From an uncultured bacterium (lineage in GTDB: Bacteria; Krumholzibacteriota; Krumholzibacteriia; LZORAL124-64-63), in the NCBI GenBank assembly GCA_963727525.1, contig CAVSGO010000008.1, positions 192,001-256,000 on the forward strand: DNA of 64,000 nucleotides. Reading direction: 5' to 3'. Of this stretch, positions 27,705 to 39,108 are shown in pieces. Below the pieces are notes generated by a model. That model saw nothing but the letters and a program-made list of their open reading frames with translations, made no database searches and was not told the DNA's origin. The translations under genes were made by a program, and so were the position numbers. The number at the start of each line of letters is the position of its first letter. Within the stretch, counting starts at the first letter, position 1.

Positions 27705-30700
27705 CTAGAAGCTCGCCGCGCGCGAATCGGGAGTTTCCGTCGCGCGCCACCAGGCGGTCACCAGGCCGTCGATCTCTCCCGGCGCGAGATGACCCGCGCC
27801 AATCGCATCCCGCATTGCCGCCGCCACCCTCGCCAGCACCTCATCGCGCGTCAGGCGCGGGCGATCGTCCAGTTCGCCGCGCTCCCGCAGCGTGGTCTCG
27901 AGCTCATCGATGAGCGAACGCCGCAGGTTGGACACGCGACCGTCGCGCAGGGCGGCGACGAGTGTGGCCGCGTCGCCACCGACGTCGTCGATGAGCGCCT
28001 CGATCTCCGCCAACTTGGTGCTGCGCGCCACGGCGCCGCAGGCGGCGAGCGACGCCCGGGTGACGGCCCGGCCGCGGCCCTCCGCCCGCGCGGCCAGGAA
28101 CGCCGCCAGCGCGTCGGCCCTGACCGTCAGACGTCGCATCTGCATCCCGCCCGGCCCCGTGGCCCCGTCGCCGGCCGCGTCGGCGAGCGCCGCGAACGCG
28201 CCCCACGTGCGGGCGCCGCTCCGCAGGGCGACGTGCAACGCCGCGAGGTCGTCGCTCAGCAGGTAGTAGAGGTGGGCCCGGGTGACGGGCGCATGGACAT
28301 CGAGGCTCTCCACGCGCAGGCGCCGGGCGTACTGCGGCGGGTCGAGCCCGTCGGGCGCCGGGATCTCCGGGGGGACGGCCGCGGCGAGCGCCGCCAGCGG
28401 CGGAAGCTGCGCCTCGGCGCGGATCACCCCGAGGTCGGTGACCGGCGCGGGTGGCAGGTCCGCGGCGGCGAGCGCCCGCTGCCAGGTGGCGATGGTCTCG
28501 GGATGCGCCGTGAGCACGACGAGCTGGCGACCGTCGCGCTTGACCATGTCGATCAGGCTGGCCGCCACCGCGGCGGCGCGCCGGGGATCGCTCGCCGATA
28601 GCGCCTCGTCCAGCAGCAGCGGCAACGGTTCGCCGCGCTCGATGTCCACGACGAAGGCCAGGCGCGCCGCGAGCAGGAGCTGGGCGCGCGTACCGTCGGA
28701 CAGCTCCCGCAAACGCAGCGGCCGCTGCGTCTCCCGATCGCGTGCGCGGAATCCGTCGTCGTGCACCGCGAGCGCGTAGCGACCCGCAGTGAAGAGAGTG
28801 AACAGGGTGCTGGCTTCCGCGAGCACGGCGGGCAGGCTACGGCGTTCGTGTTCCTGGGCCACGGTGTCCAGGAGGAGATGCGCCAGAGCGTTGTCCTCGT
28901 GTGTGCGTACCACGCGGGCCAGGTTCGACACGGCGGCCGCGACGGCGGCAGTCGCGTTCTGCAGGCGCGACTGGCGGCGCGCCTGGGCGATGGCGCCGTC
29001 GATCTCCCCGTACCGTTTCTGGAGCGCCGCGGACTGGTCGGCCTGGGCGGCCAGCGCGGCGCGCTGCGTGGCGCGCGTGACGTCGTCGCTCGCGGCGGCT
29101 GCGAGAGCGTCGTCGCGGTACGGGCCGAGAGCATCGATCTCGTCTTCGGCGAGGGATACCGCGGCCGTGGCGGCCCGGTGGTCGGCGGCGGTGGCGAGGT
29201 AGGTGTCGCGCTGGGCGAGCAGGCGATCGAGGTCCGCGACGGCGCCCGGCGCTAGGTCCAGATTCGCGAAGAGCGCGGCGATCGACGCGTGGATGTCGTT
29301 GAGACGCGCGCGGGCCGCATCGGCGAGGGCCGACTGCGACGCGAGGTCGCGCGTCGCGTCGCGATGCTGCTGGGCACGCTGCGCGAGGTCAGCCAGGGCG
29401 GCGTTGGTGGCAAGAGCGTCGGTGGCAAGAGCGTTGGTGGGTTGCGCAACGCCGTGCCGGGCGAGGAATTGCGCCAGCTCCGCCAGGATCGCGTCGCGCT
29501 CGGCCCGGGCGGTGACCACGCGGGCGGCCGCGGCAGCTTCCTCGTGACGGGCCTCGTGGACGGCGGCGATGCGCGGCAGCAGCTCCGCCAGCTCGAGACC
29601 GCCCGTCTCGGGCTCGAGGCCGTGCTGTAGCGCCAGTGCGCGCCGCGCGGCACGCTGCGCCCGGCGCTGTTCGTCGACCCGCGTGCGCTCCGCCTGCAGG
29701 CCAGCGCGCCAATTGCGCCGAAGTTCGCGCTCGGCGGCGTCCGCCAGCTCGGCGTTCAGCGCGAGTAGGCGGCGCACCACGTCGTCGCGCCGCCACGACG
29801 TCGGCTCGGGCAGTCCGGTCTCCCGGTAGGCTTGCTGCGCGACGCGTCGCTGCGCGCGTGCGGCTGTCCGCGGCCACAGGGCGGCGACGATCGCGACCGT
29901 ACCGCCGGCCAGCACCAGCCATCCCCGCGGTCCGGTATGCCAAAGCCGCGCCATCATGCCGGCGGCGACCACGGCCACGCCACTCAGGACCACGATGCCC
30001 CGGCGCCAGTCGCGCGCCGTGGCGTCGGGCGCGGCCAGCCAGCGCGTGAGGGCTCCGCTGGCATCGCGTAACCGCGCCTCCTCGCCATCCTCGCCGTCGG
30101 GACCGTCGCCGACGAGATCGGGGCGGGCGAGCAGCGTCGCCAGGGCTTCGCCGCGCGCACCCAGCTCCGCATCCTGGCGCAGTTCGCGCCTCGCCTCGTC
30201 GATGGCCTCGATGGACACCGGCGCGTGTGGCGCCTCGTGCCAGGGTGGGCCGAGCTGGCGACCGCGCTCGGCGGCAGCCGCCACGGCCGCGTCATGCTCG
30301 CGCTCCAGGCGTGCGACGTCGGCCGCGGACGTCTGCAATGCCTGGCCGCGTTGCTGGGCGACGCGCAGATCCGCTTCGGGCGGCGGCGCGGCGGCGAAAC
30401 CGGCGGTGCCCATCGCCTGGCGCGCATGCTCGCCCGCCGCCAGCGCGGTCGTGAGGCGCTCGTTGTTCTGATCGCGCTCGCGCGCCAGATCCTCCCAGCG
30501 TGCGTGTTCCTGGCCGTGGAGGCGCTCCAGCACGGCGGGCATGGCGTCAAGGCGCCGCCGGGCCTCGGCTGCACGCGTGCGGGCGGCGGCGAGGCGATCG
30601 GCGGCGTCGAGAACCCGCAACCGCGCGGCGGCGTTGTCGGCCGCCCGGATCTGCGCGTCGAGGTCGGCAAGCGCATCCTCGTCGGCGGCGAGGCTGCGCA

Positions 30701-31214
30701 GGTCGTCCTGGACGACGTGCAGCTCGCTGCGGGTCTGGCCGAGAACAACAGTCTCGTGCAGACGCCGCGCCGAGACGCGCATCCCATCGGACTCGCGCAG
30801 GGTCGCCAGATCGTAGCCGCCGGCCATGCGGCTGCGGATCTCGCGGACCAGCGCCTCGTCGTCGGCATCGGGCCCGCTCTTGTGCAGATCGAGCAGGCCG
30901 AGGTGATAGGCTGCGCGCAGCGGGCTCGCGGGCAGCACGGGCGGCGCTCCCCCGTCGGTCGCGCTCCAGCTGGTGGTGGCCGTACCCTCGCGCGCGGCAT
31001 GCCAGGTGCGCGTGCCCGCCTGGAACGTGGCTGTGACCTCGCGACGGGGATCGGGGCGACCGTCCGGGAAGAGCAGGGCGAGGACCGCGCGGCAGGTGGA
31101 ACTCTTGCCGCTGCCGTTGGCGCCCTGGATCAGATTCACGCCCGCCGCGAGGGTGAGGTCGAATGCCGTGTCGATGCCCGGCAGACGCCGGATGGAGAGC
31201 TTACGCAGATCCAT
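27705..31214 (-). CDS. YhaN/SbcC-like AAA ATPase with long coiled coil
   Basis: Walker A GANGSGKS, signature LSDGTRAQL, Walker B LLLDE, and LTAH. A hydrophobic segment lies in the middle. Confidence 0.88.
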   Translation of the reverse strand: MDLRKLSIRRLPGIDTAFDLTLAAGVNLIQGANGSGKSSTCRAVLALLFPDGRPDPRREVTATFQAGTRTWHAAREGTATTSWSATDGGAPPVLPASPLRAAYHLGLLDLHKSGPDADDEALVREIRSRMAGGYDLATLRESDGMRVSARRLHETVVLGQTRSELHVVQDDLRSLAADEDALADLDAQIRAADNAAARLRVLDAADRLAAARTRAAEARRRLDAMPAVLERLHGQEHARWEDLARERDQNNERLTTALAAGEHARQAMGTAGFAAAPPPEADLRVAQQRGQALQTSAADVARLEREHDAAVAAAAERGRQLGPPWHEAPHAPVSIEAIDEARRELRQDAELGARGEALATLLARPDLVGDGPDGEDGEEARLRDASGALTRWLAAPDATARDWRRGIVVLSGVAVVAAGMMARLWHTGPRGWLVLAGGTVAIVAALWPRTAARAQRRVAQQAYRETGLPEPTSWRRDDVVRRLLALNAELADAAERELRRNWRAGLQAERTRVDEQRRAQRAARRALALQHGLEPETGGLELAELLPRIAAVHEARHEEAAAAARVVTARAERDAILAELAQFLARHGVAQPTNALATDALATNAALADLAQRAQQHRDATRDLASQSALADAARARLNDIHASIAALFANLDLAPGAVADLDRLLAQRDTYLATAADHRAATAAVSLAEDEIDALGPYRDDALAAAASDDVTRATQRAALAAQADQSAALQKRYGEIDGAIAQARRQSRLQNATAAVAAAVSNLARVVRTHEDNALAHLLLDTVAQEHERRSLPAVLAEASTLFTLFTAGRYALAVHDDGFRARDRETQRPLRLRELSDGTRAQLLLAARLAFVVDIERGEPLPLLLDEALSASDPRRAAAVAASLIDMVKRDGRQLVVLTAHPETIATWQRALAAADLPPAPVTDLGVIRAEAQLPPLAALAAAVPPEIPAPDGLDPPQYARRLRVESLDVHAPVTRAHLYYLLSDDLAALHVALRSGARTWGAFAALADAAGDGATGPGGMQMRRLTVRADALAAFLAARAEGRGRAVTRASLAACGAVARSTKLAEIEALIDDVGGDAATLVAALRDGRVSNLRRSLIDELETTLRERGELDDRPRLTRDEVLARVAAAMRDAIGAGHLAPGEIDGLVTAWWRATETPDSRAASF
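29401..29440. repeat. 15-nt tandem repeat (about 2.7 copies) inside the ATPase gene
   Basis: GCGTTGGTGGCAAGA GCGTCGGTGGCAAGA GCGTTGGTGG encodes TNALATDALATNA. Confidence 0.7.
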
Positions 31215-32475
31215 CGTCCGCTCCCCGTTGCTGCGCGAGCAGCGCATCGAGCAGGCGGTAGCCGGCCTGCAGCAGGCGCGTGCGGGTCTCGTCGTCCGTG
31301 TGCGCCGCCGGGTCGGCGCCGAGCCGCCGGTCGAGGCTCGCGAGCGTGCGGCCTGCCTCCGCCAGGAGGGCCGACTGCTCCCCGGCTTGTAGCGCAAGAA
31401 GCTTGCGCGCGAGCACGCCCGGCGGCGTGTCGCTACGTGCGAGCGCCTCGAGGTCATGGGCGGGCGTGACGGCGAGCGCGACGTCGTCGATGAAGGCCAC
31501 CCGTTCGGCGGCCGTGGTGGTCTGGCCGACGAGTGTGGGCGACGTGGCCAGCTCCGTCAGCGCATCCGCGTGGTGCGTGCGGCCGTACAGGCGCAGGCGC
31601 ACGCCCACCACCCGCGCCTCACCCCACGTCTCGTCGTCAGCGGTGAGATGATCTCGGAGCCTGGCGAGCACGCGATCGGTGAGTTCGAGGCGAGGATCGT
31701 GCAGTGCGCTCACGTCGATCGGCAGCATCGACCAGCGCAGCGGCGCCAGCGCGAGCTGGCGCACCGTCACCCGACCTTCCGCGGCTTCGAGGAGCCACGG
31801 GCCGTGTACGCCGGTCTCGGTGGGATCGAGCCCGACGAGCGATCCGAGATAGCCGGGCGCCAGGGTCGCGGGATCGAGGGTCGGTGCGTGCTGATGGCCG
31901 AGCAGCCAGGCGTCGTAGCCGGCCGCGCGCAGCGACGACGACGGTGTGGGGGCGTGTACGCTCGCGCGATGATCCAGGTCGCAGTGCAGCAGGCCCACCG
32001 TGGGCGCGCTCAAAGCGCGCTCCGGGAGCCCGCCGGCGGTGGGATCGCCCGGATAGCGCTCACCGGGAAACGACCAGCCGACCACGCGCACGGGCCCACC
32101 AGGCCCGGTCACGTCGGCCGTCTGCCAGCGGCCGTCGCGGCCGATCAGCTCGAAGCGCGGCACCAGGTCGGCCAGCCGCGGCAAGGCCACGCCATCGTGA
32201 TTGCCTGCCACCGCGAGGACGCGGATCCCGGCATCCAGCAGCGCGGCCACGCCGTCGTGCAGGGCGCCGAAGGCCTCGAACCGGTCGTCAAGCGAGTCGA
32301 CCACGTCGCCGGCCAGCACGAGCGCCTGGACGCCGTGCTCGCGTGCGGCCACCACGGCCCGTGCCCACGCGGCACGTGGCGTGAGCGCCCCCGGATCGGG
32401 CACGCCGGCGGGGATGCGACCGCTCGCGCGGCCGAGATGCATGTCGCCCAGGCAGAGGAGACGGGTGACGGACAC
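31201..32475 (-). CDS. YhaO/SbcD-like metallophosphoesterase (DNA repair exonuclease)
   Basis: GDMHLG, AGDVVD, AGNHD, LLHC, LGHQH and YLGSLVGLDPTETG. Confidence 0.9.
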   Translation of the reverse strand: MSVTRLLCLGDMHLGRASGRIPAGVPDPGALTPRAAWARAVVAAREHGVQALVLAGDVVDSLDDRFEAFGALHDGVAALLDAGIRVLAVAGNHDGVALPRLADLVPRFELIGRDGRWQTADVTGPGGPVRVVGWSFPGERYPGDPTAGGLPERALSAPTVGLLHCDLDHRASVHAPTPSSSLRAAGYDAWLLGHQHAPTLDPATLAPGYLGSLVGLDPTETGVHGPWLLEAAEGRVTVRQLALAPLRWSMLPIDVSALHDPRLELTDRVLARLRDHLTADDETWGEARVVGVRLRLYGRTHHADALTELATSPTLVGQTTTAAERVAFIDDVALAVTPAHDLEALARSDTPPGVLARKLLALQAGEQSALLAEAGRTLASLDRRLGADPAAHTDDETRTRLLQAGYRLLDALLAQQRGADDGSA

Positions 32476-32547
32476 GGCGGATCCCTTCCGGCCCCGAAGG
32501 GGCCGCAGGGAGTATGGCGTCCATGCGTGGCGGCGTAAAGTCCGGCG

Positions 32548-33441
32548 TCAGTCGAGGAGGTTGAGGATTTCCGCCGACTTCTCGATCTCTCCCTCACCCT
32601 TCGCGAGGACCTGGCTCAGGTAGTCCTTGGACAACCCGAGCAGCTTGATGGCCTCGGGCGCGAATTCGGTCACCGGCTCGGCGCCCGGACTCGGGTGCCC
32701 AGCGTGGAAGGCCAGCACGTCGGAAACATGGGCGATCGCAGCCAGCTCAGCATGCCGGCTCGCGCGTTGCGGCGCGTGGTGGCAGGCCGTGGCCTCGATG
32801 ATTGGATCGGGGAAGTTCCAGGCGCGGAACACGGCGCGCGCGATGGCGGCGTGATTCGTGGGGAACAGCGCGTCCTCGCAGGCGGCCCAGGTGAGGCGGT
32901 TCTCGGTGGCGCCTTCCGTGAGCGAGTCGACGTCGGCGGGAAAGTAGCGGAGCATGACAAGCTTGCCCATGTCGTGCAGCAGTCCGGCCACGTAGGCATC
33001 GTCGGCGTTGACTCGCCGCTGAGACTCCGAGAGACAGCGCGCAAGGCACGCGGCGGCGACACTGTGGTGCCAGAAGCCGACGAGGGAGAACTCGCCGTCG
33101 TGCTCGAGTCCCTTGAAATGCTCGAACACGCTCATCGACATGGCGGCGCTGCGCACGGCCTGGAAGCCCAGGATGATGACGGCGCGGCTGATCGTGCCCA
33201 CCTGGGCGGACTGCCCGTAATATGACGAGTTGACGACGCGCAGGATCTTCGTGGTCAGCGCCTGGTCGCGGGAGATGTACTCGGCGACGTCGGAGACCTT
33301 GACGTCGGAATCGCGCATCATCGCAAAGAGCTGCTGGTAGACGGTCGGCAAGGTCGGCAGATCGCGTACGAGCTGCTTGAGCTCGCGCGGATGCATGTCC
33401 ATCAGCGATCGTTGCTGGCAGGCGGTGGACTTGGCAGTCAA
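32548..33441 (-). CDS. HDOD domain protein (start may be 33402)
   Basis: LPTLP, DQALTTKILRVVNS, FWHHS, AGLLHDMGK and HH. Confidence 0.9.
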   Translation of the reverse strand: MTAKSTACQQRSLMDMHPRELKQLVRDLPTLPTVYQQLFAMMRDSDVKVSDVAEYISRDQALTTKILRVVNSSYYGQSAQVGTISRAVIILGFQAVRSAAMSMSVFEHFKGLEHDGEFSLVGFWHHSVAAACLARCLSESQRRVNADDAYVAGLLHDMGKLVMLRYFPADVDSLTEGATENRLTWAACEDALFPTNHAAIARAVFRAWNFPDPIIEATACHHAPQRASRHAELAAIAHVSDVLAFHAGHPSPGAEPVTEFAPEAIKLLGLSKDYLSQVLAKGEGEIEKSAEILNLLD

Positions 33442-33518
33442 CGCGATCTCCCGGATGGTGGGCGTGGGCGCCTACATCCGCGATATCGACCCTATTCGCT
33501 GGGGCTTGAGGATACGAG

Positions 33519-34571
33519 TCAGCGGAACTCCACGCGGGGACGCGCCGGGTCGCCCGGCTCCACCTCGCCGATCACCACGGCGCAGAGGGCGCCATCGGCC
33601 ATGACCGCGTCGCAGAGGGCGTCGCAGCGCTCCAGGGGCGCGGCGATCAGCAGGCCGCCACTGGTCTGGGGATCGTGCAGCAGACCCACCACGCCGCCGT
33701 CGACGCTGTCGGCGATGCGCAGCGACGCGCGCGTGAAACTGGCATTCGATTTCGTGCCGCCGCACGTGAAACCTGCGGCGCACAGCTCGGCGGCGCGCGG
33801 GAGCTGGGGGACGGCGTGGGCGTCGAATACGAGGCGCACGCCGCTGCCGCTGGCCATCTCCAGGGCGTGGCCGCTCAGGCCGAAACCCGTGACGTCGGTG
33901 GCGGCGTGAGCGCCCAGATCCCACAGGCGCGCGCCGGGTCGGTTGAGCGTGGTCATGCAGGTGACGAGGGCGTCGTACTCCGACCCGGCGAGGGCGCCGG
34001 CCTTCTGCGCGGCGATCAGTGCGCCGGTTCCCAGCGGCTTGGTGAGCACGAGGCGGTCGCCCGGTCGCGCGGTACTGTTGCGCAGGATGCGGTCGGGATG
34101 CACGGTGCCGGTGACGGAGAGGCCGAATTTCACCTCGCTGTCGCGTACCGTATGGCCGCCCGCGACGGCGCACCCGGCCTCGGTGCACACGGAGGCGGCC
34201 CCGGCCAGGATGGCGCTGATGACCCAGCCCGGCACGTCATTCTGCGGATAGCCCAGGAGATTGATGGCCGTGAGCGGCCGGCCGCCCATGGCGTACACGT
34301 CGCTGAGCGAGTTGGCGGCCGCTACGCGGCCGAAGGTGTGGGGGTCGTCCACCACCGGGGTGATGAAGTCGGCCGTGACGACCAGGGCCTGCTCCGCGTC
34401 GAGGCGGTAGACGCCGGCGTCGTCCGCGGTCTCGAACCCCACGAGGAGGTTCGGATCGCGGACCGATGCGAGCGGAGCTAGGATCCCGTCCAGGTCCCCT
34501 GGCGCCAGCTTGGCCGCTCAGCCGGCGCTCTTGGCGAACCGGGTGAGCTGGAACATCTCGGCAGACGACAT
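33519..34571 (-). CDS. selD: Selenide, water dikinase; selenoprotein form with in-frame UGA (Sec) at 34518-34520
   Basis: LTRFAKSAG-U-AAKL continues in frame into DDAGVY, TADFITPVVDDP, ANSLSDVYAMGG, GGHT, TKPLGTG, TDVTGFGL and DPQTSGGLL. Confidence 0.93.
34490..34502 (-). promoter_or_regulatory. Candidate bacterial SECIS hairpin of selD
   Basis: CCAGG-GGA-CCTGG starts 15 nt after the UGA and has G in the apical loop. Confidence 0.55.
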
Positions 34572-34740
34572 CTCGGGCCTCTGTGAAAGGAGGTGAAAAC
34601 GCAGTCCTGGCAACAATCTCGACCCGCGGCCGAAGGGTGTCAACGGCCGGGTTCGACCAGAACGGCCTCGTTCTTGCATTTTCGCAGGGTTCCGCCGAAT
34701 CTTGGGGCCCAATGCACCGTGCCGCCTCTGGGAGGATTCC

Positions 34741-35199
34741 GTGCGCAGCCCCGATCCGGACACCGACGACGTGCGGCACGGCAGTGACCGCCGCGACCAG
34801 CCCACGCCCTGGCTCTCGCGCTACACGCTCTGGGGCCGGCGCCTGCGCATCCGCCGCGAGAACGATCTCGAGCGCGGGCGCTACGTCGACCGCGCGCAGG
34901 GGCCGTACCTGGGCGCCGTGATCCTGCTCGTCGTTCTGGTACTGGTGGACGCCGTCTCCACCCTGTTCATCCTCGCCCACGGAGGGACCGAGGAGAACCC
35001 GCTCATGCAGTCGATCCTGGAGCGTGGCCGCGGCTGGTTCCTGGCCGTCAAACTGCTGCCGCTGCCACTGGCCTACCTGCTGCTCTCAGTGGCGCGGTAC
35101 GTCGGCTGGGTGCGCTGGGGCATGCGCATCCTGCTGGCCGTCTATGGCGCGCTCGCCGCCTACCACCTGGTGCTGCTCTCGCGCATCCTGCTGCAGTAG
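34741..35199 (+). CDS. DUF5658-like membrane protein
   Basis: DAVSTLFILAHGGTEENPLM...FLAVK. GGAGG RBS before the GTG. Confidence 0.7.
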   Translation: MRSPDPDTDDVRHGSDRRDQPTPWLSRYTLWGRRLRIRRENDLERGRYVDRAQGPYLGAVILLVVLVLVDAVSTLFILAHGGTEENPLMQSILERGRGWFLAVKLLPLPLAYLLLSVARYVGWVRWGMRILLAVYGALAAYHLVLLSRILLQ

Positions 35200-35205
35200 C
35201 GCGTG

Positions 35206-36915
<1,710 letters not shown>

Positions 36916-37331
36916 GTTGGGTCCTCGCAGCGCTGGAGATCGGGTCGCTAGACGTGGCGCAAAGGCTAATCGCATTGGGGGCGGGAGTCAAAGGCGGGGG
37001 TGATTGACCCCGTTCATCCCGAACGGTATCGTCACGCCAAATCGGGGGGACCTGGCACCGCCGGGGCGTCCGGTCTGACCGCGCGGAACTTCGCGTGGTG
37101 GCACGGGCAGCTCGTGGTGGCGGGACAGCCGGATCGCGACGCCTGCCGTAATCGTACCCGACACGACGGCCGCGGACGACGGGATCGATCCGATTCTCGA
37201 CGCGGGCCTGCGCATCCTGCGGGAGCGGATCGCCGCGCAGGCACGCTGATCGCACCATTGGTGCCGGCACCATGACTGGTTCTGTCTTGATCTAGCCCGT
37301 ATTCGAGTCACGCAGGTCCGGGAACATTCAC

Positions 37332-37509
37332 CCCACCTTATTCATGCTATCGCGTAGCGAGGCGAGTGGAACGGTCTCTGTGAGCGGGATCTCGCAGGGT
37401 TTGTGAGGGAGCCGTACCCGCTGGGGTACGGTGACCGAAGCAAACCCGAGAAAGCCCGCTCACAGAGACCGTGACGCCGCCGCAGTAGCGATAGCACGAA
37501 TAAGGTGGG
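37332..37509. repeat. Long nested palindromic element (structured ncRNA or MITE/REP-like)
   Basis: Paired arms 37332-37353/37488-37509 (21/22), 37371-37388/37455-37472 (18/18), 37397-37403/37441-37447 and 37412-37419/37424-37431. Confidence 0.75.
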
Positions 37510-37629
37510 TTCACCCGGGACCGCCGGGATTTCCCGCCCTGCCGATTCGTGGTACAATCCCCCCTTCCGACCCACCCCGATGTATGCCGATTATGTGCCG
37601 GGACCACCCATACCTGTGGACGCGGTGGC

Positions 37630-37839
37630 ATGAAGATCATGCTCACGCTCGTGCTCGCGCTGGGTCTCGCCGCCGCGGCCTTCGCTCTCGATACCGGCAA
37701 CCGGGCGCCCGTCAAGGCCGAGCCCGTTCTACCAGTTCGGCGTGGAGTATTCCAACGGCACCTGAACCTACGACGCGAGCGGCGGCAGTTCACGACCCGG
37801 GCGACCACCTGGTCCACGTTGAAAGCGATCTACGAATGA
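37630..37839 (+). CDS. Small secreted protein (signal peptide + C-terminal TWSTLKAIY motif); possibly an internally deleted gene
   Basis: MKIMLTLVLALGLAAAAFA signal; ends ATTWSTLKAIYE. TACAAT -10-like box at 37553-37558. Confidence 0.55.
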   Translation: MKIMLTLVLALGLAAAAFALDTGNRAPVKAEPVLPVRRGVFQRHLNLRRERRQFTTRATTWSTLKAIYE

Positions 37840-38096
37840 ATGATGAACTCACGGTCATTCCCGGCGTGGGGCCGAGCATCGCGTGCGATCTGCGCGATCT
37901 CGGCTACGCATCGGTGGCACAATTACGGGACGAGGATCCCGAGATCATGTACGAGGCGATCAACAAGCTGCGCGGCGTGCGACAGGACCGTTGCGTGCTC
38001 TACGTGTTCCGCTGCGCAGTATATTACGCTTCGCATGCGGAACACGAACCCGAACTGCTGAAGTGGTGGAACTGGAAGGACGGCGCGCAGAGCTGA
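37836..38096 (+). CDS. Helix-hairpin-helix protein (Cdd1/pathogenicity-locus-like)
   Basis: LTVIPGVGPSIA.DL, DPEIMY, DRCVLYVFRCAVYYA and KWWNWKD. Confidence 0.85.
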   Translation: MNDELTVIPGVGPSIACDLRDLGYASVAQLRDEDPEIMYEAINKLRGVRQDRCVLYVFRCAVYYASHAEHEPELLKWWNWKDGAQS

Positions 38097-38362
38097 TCAC
38101 CCGCGAGGTCCGCCGATCACCACGCACACGAGGACGATGCCCAGCAGCATGACGATGGTCAGCGAGTAGGCCCAGACCGAGGGACTCGCGTCGGGGGAGG
38201 TTCGGCATGCGAACTCTCCAGTGGGTGACAGTCTTCCGGTAGAAACACGAAGTCCCTCCACGACTTCGCCGCAGAAAAATCGCCGCTGGTCAAGGTGTTG
38301 CCATCGCTGGGGCGCTATTCACCGTGCTCGACGTATAGCTCCCGTTCGCGCCGCCGCCATCG

Positions 38363-38765
38363 TCATTCCGGCGGCGTGAACAGGAACGGCACCCGGAACG
38401 TCGTGGCGCCGCCGTCGATGGCGGGGAACCGCCAGGCGCGGATCTGGGCCAGGGCGCAGTCGGCCACGGCCGGGTTACCGAGGCGATCCTCGACCACCGC
38501 GGCGTCGGTCACCCGTCCGTCGGCGGCGACGGTGAGGCTCACCACCAGCTTGCCGCGCAGACCGGGGTCGTTCTTCAACTCGCTTTCGTAGCAATACTGG
38601 ATGGCCGGTGCGTAGCGGCGCACGACGGCGAGCAGGGCCTCGTTGCTACGCAATTCCGATGCGCTGCCGGCGCGAACTCCCGGTACCGGCGTCGTCGCAT
38701 CGGCGCCTGGCTCATCGCTCGCCGGCGCACCCGCGTCGATGGTGATGGCGTCGGTGACGATGGCC
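38363..38765 (-). pseudogene. TonB/AgmX-PglI-like C-terminal domain fragment
   Basis: IQYCYESELKNDPGLRGKLVV...VADC...WRFP...VPFLF. No N-terminal membrane anchor or credible start. Confidence 0.65.
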
Positions 38766-39009
38766 GAGCCACCTCGCTGGTCGAGGTCCAGTTGGTCAAG
38801 AGGGAGTCGGTGTCGTGCAGGCTGACGAGGGCGGTGTAGGCCAGGTCGGACACCGCGGCCGAGTCAGCAGTGACCAGGGTGAGGGTGGCCCAGGTGCCCA
38901 TGGTCTGCGTACGGAAATGCACGGCGCGCGGCGCGGCGGCCGCGGCCGCCGCGGCCAGCGCGACGGTCCCCAGGAGGATCGCCAACCCCGTCCGGCGGAG
39001 TGTTGCCAT
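38766..39009 (-). pseudogene. apbE: ApbE (FAD:protein FMN transferase) N-terminal fragment
   Basis: Signal peptide, then QTMGT...DSLLTNWTSTSEVAR. Similarity stops abruptly after about 80 aa. Confidence 0.7.
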
Positions 39010-39067
39010 GGGATTGGGGCCAAACATGGGGCGACGATACAGATATCGCGGAGGCGGCGTCAATAGT

Positions 39068-39082
39068 GGATAAGTATTATCC
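39068..39082. promoter_or_regulatory. Fur-box-like 7-1-7 palindrome
   Basis: GGATAAGTATTATCC matches TGATAATNATTATCA at 11/14 positions; AT-rich patch upstream of the apbE fragment. Confidence 0.4.
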
Positions 39083-39108
39083 TGATAACTCGCTTGCGAG
39101 CAACATCA

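Noticed and set aside
27705-32475. Nuclease + SMC-like ATPase pair as a novel anti-phage system
   Set aside because: It matches the widespread YhaO/YhaN (SbcD/SbcC-like) pair, with host-like composition and no defence-island context.
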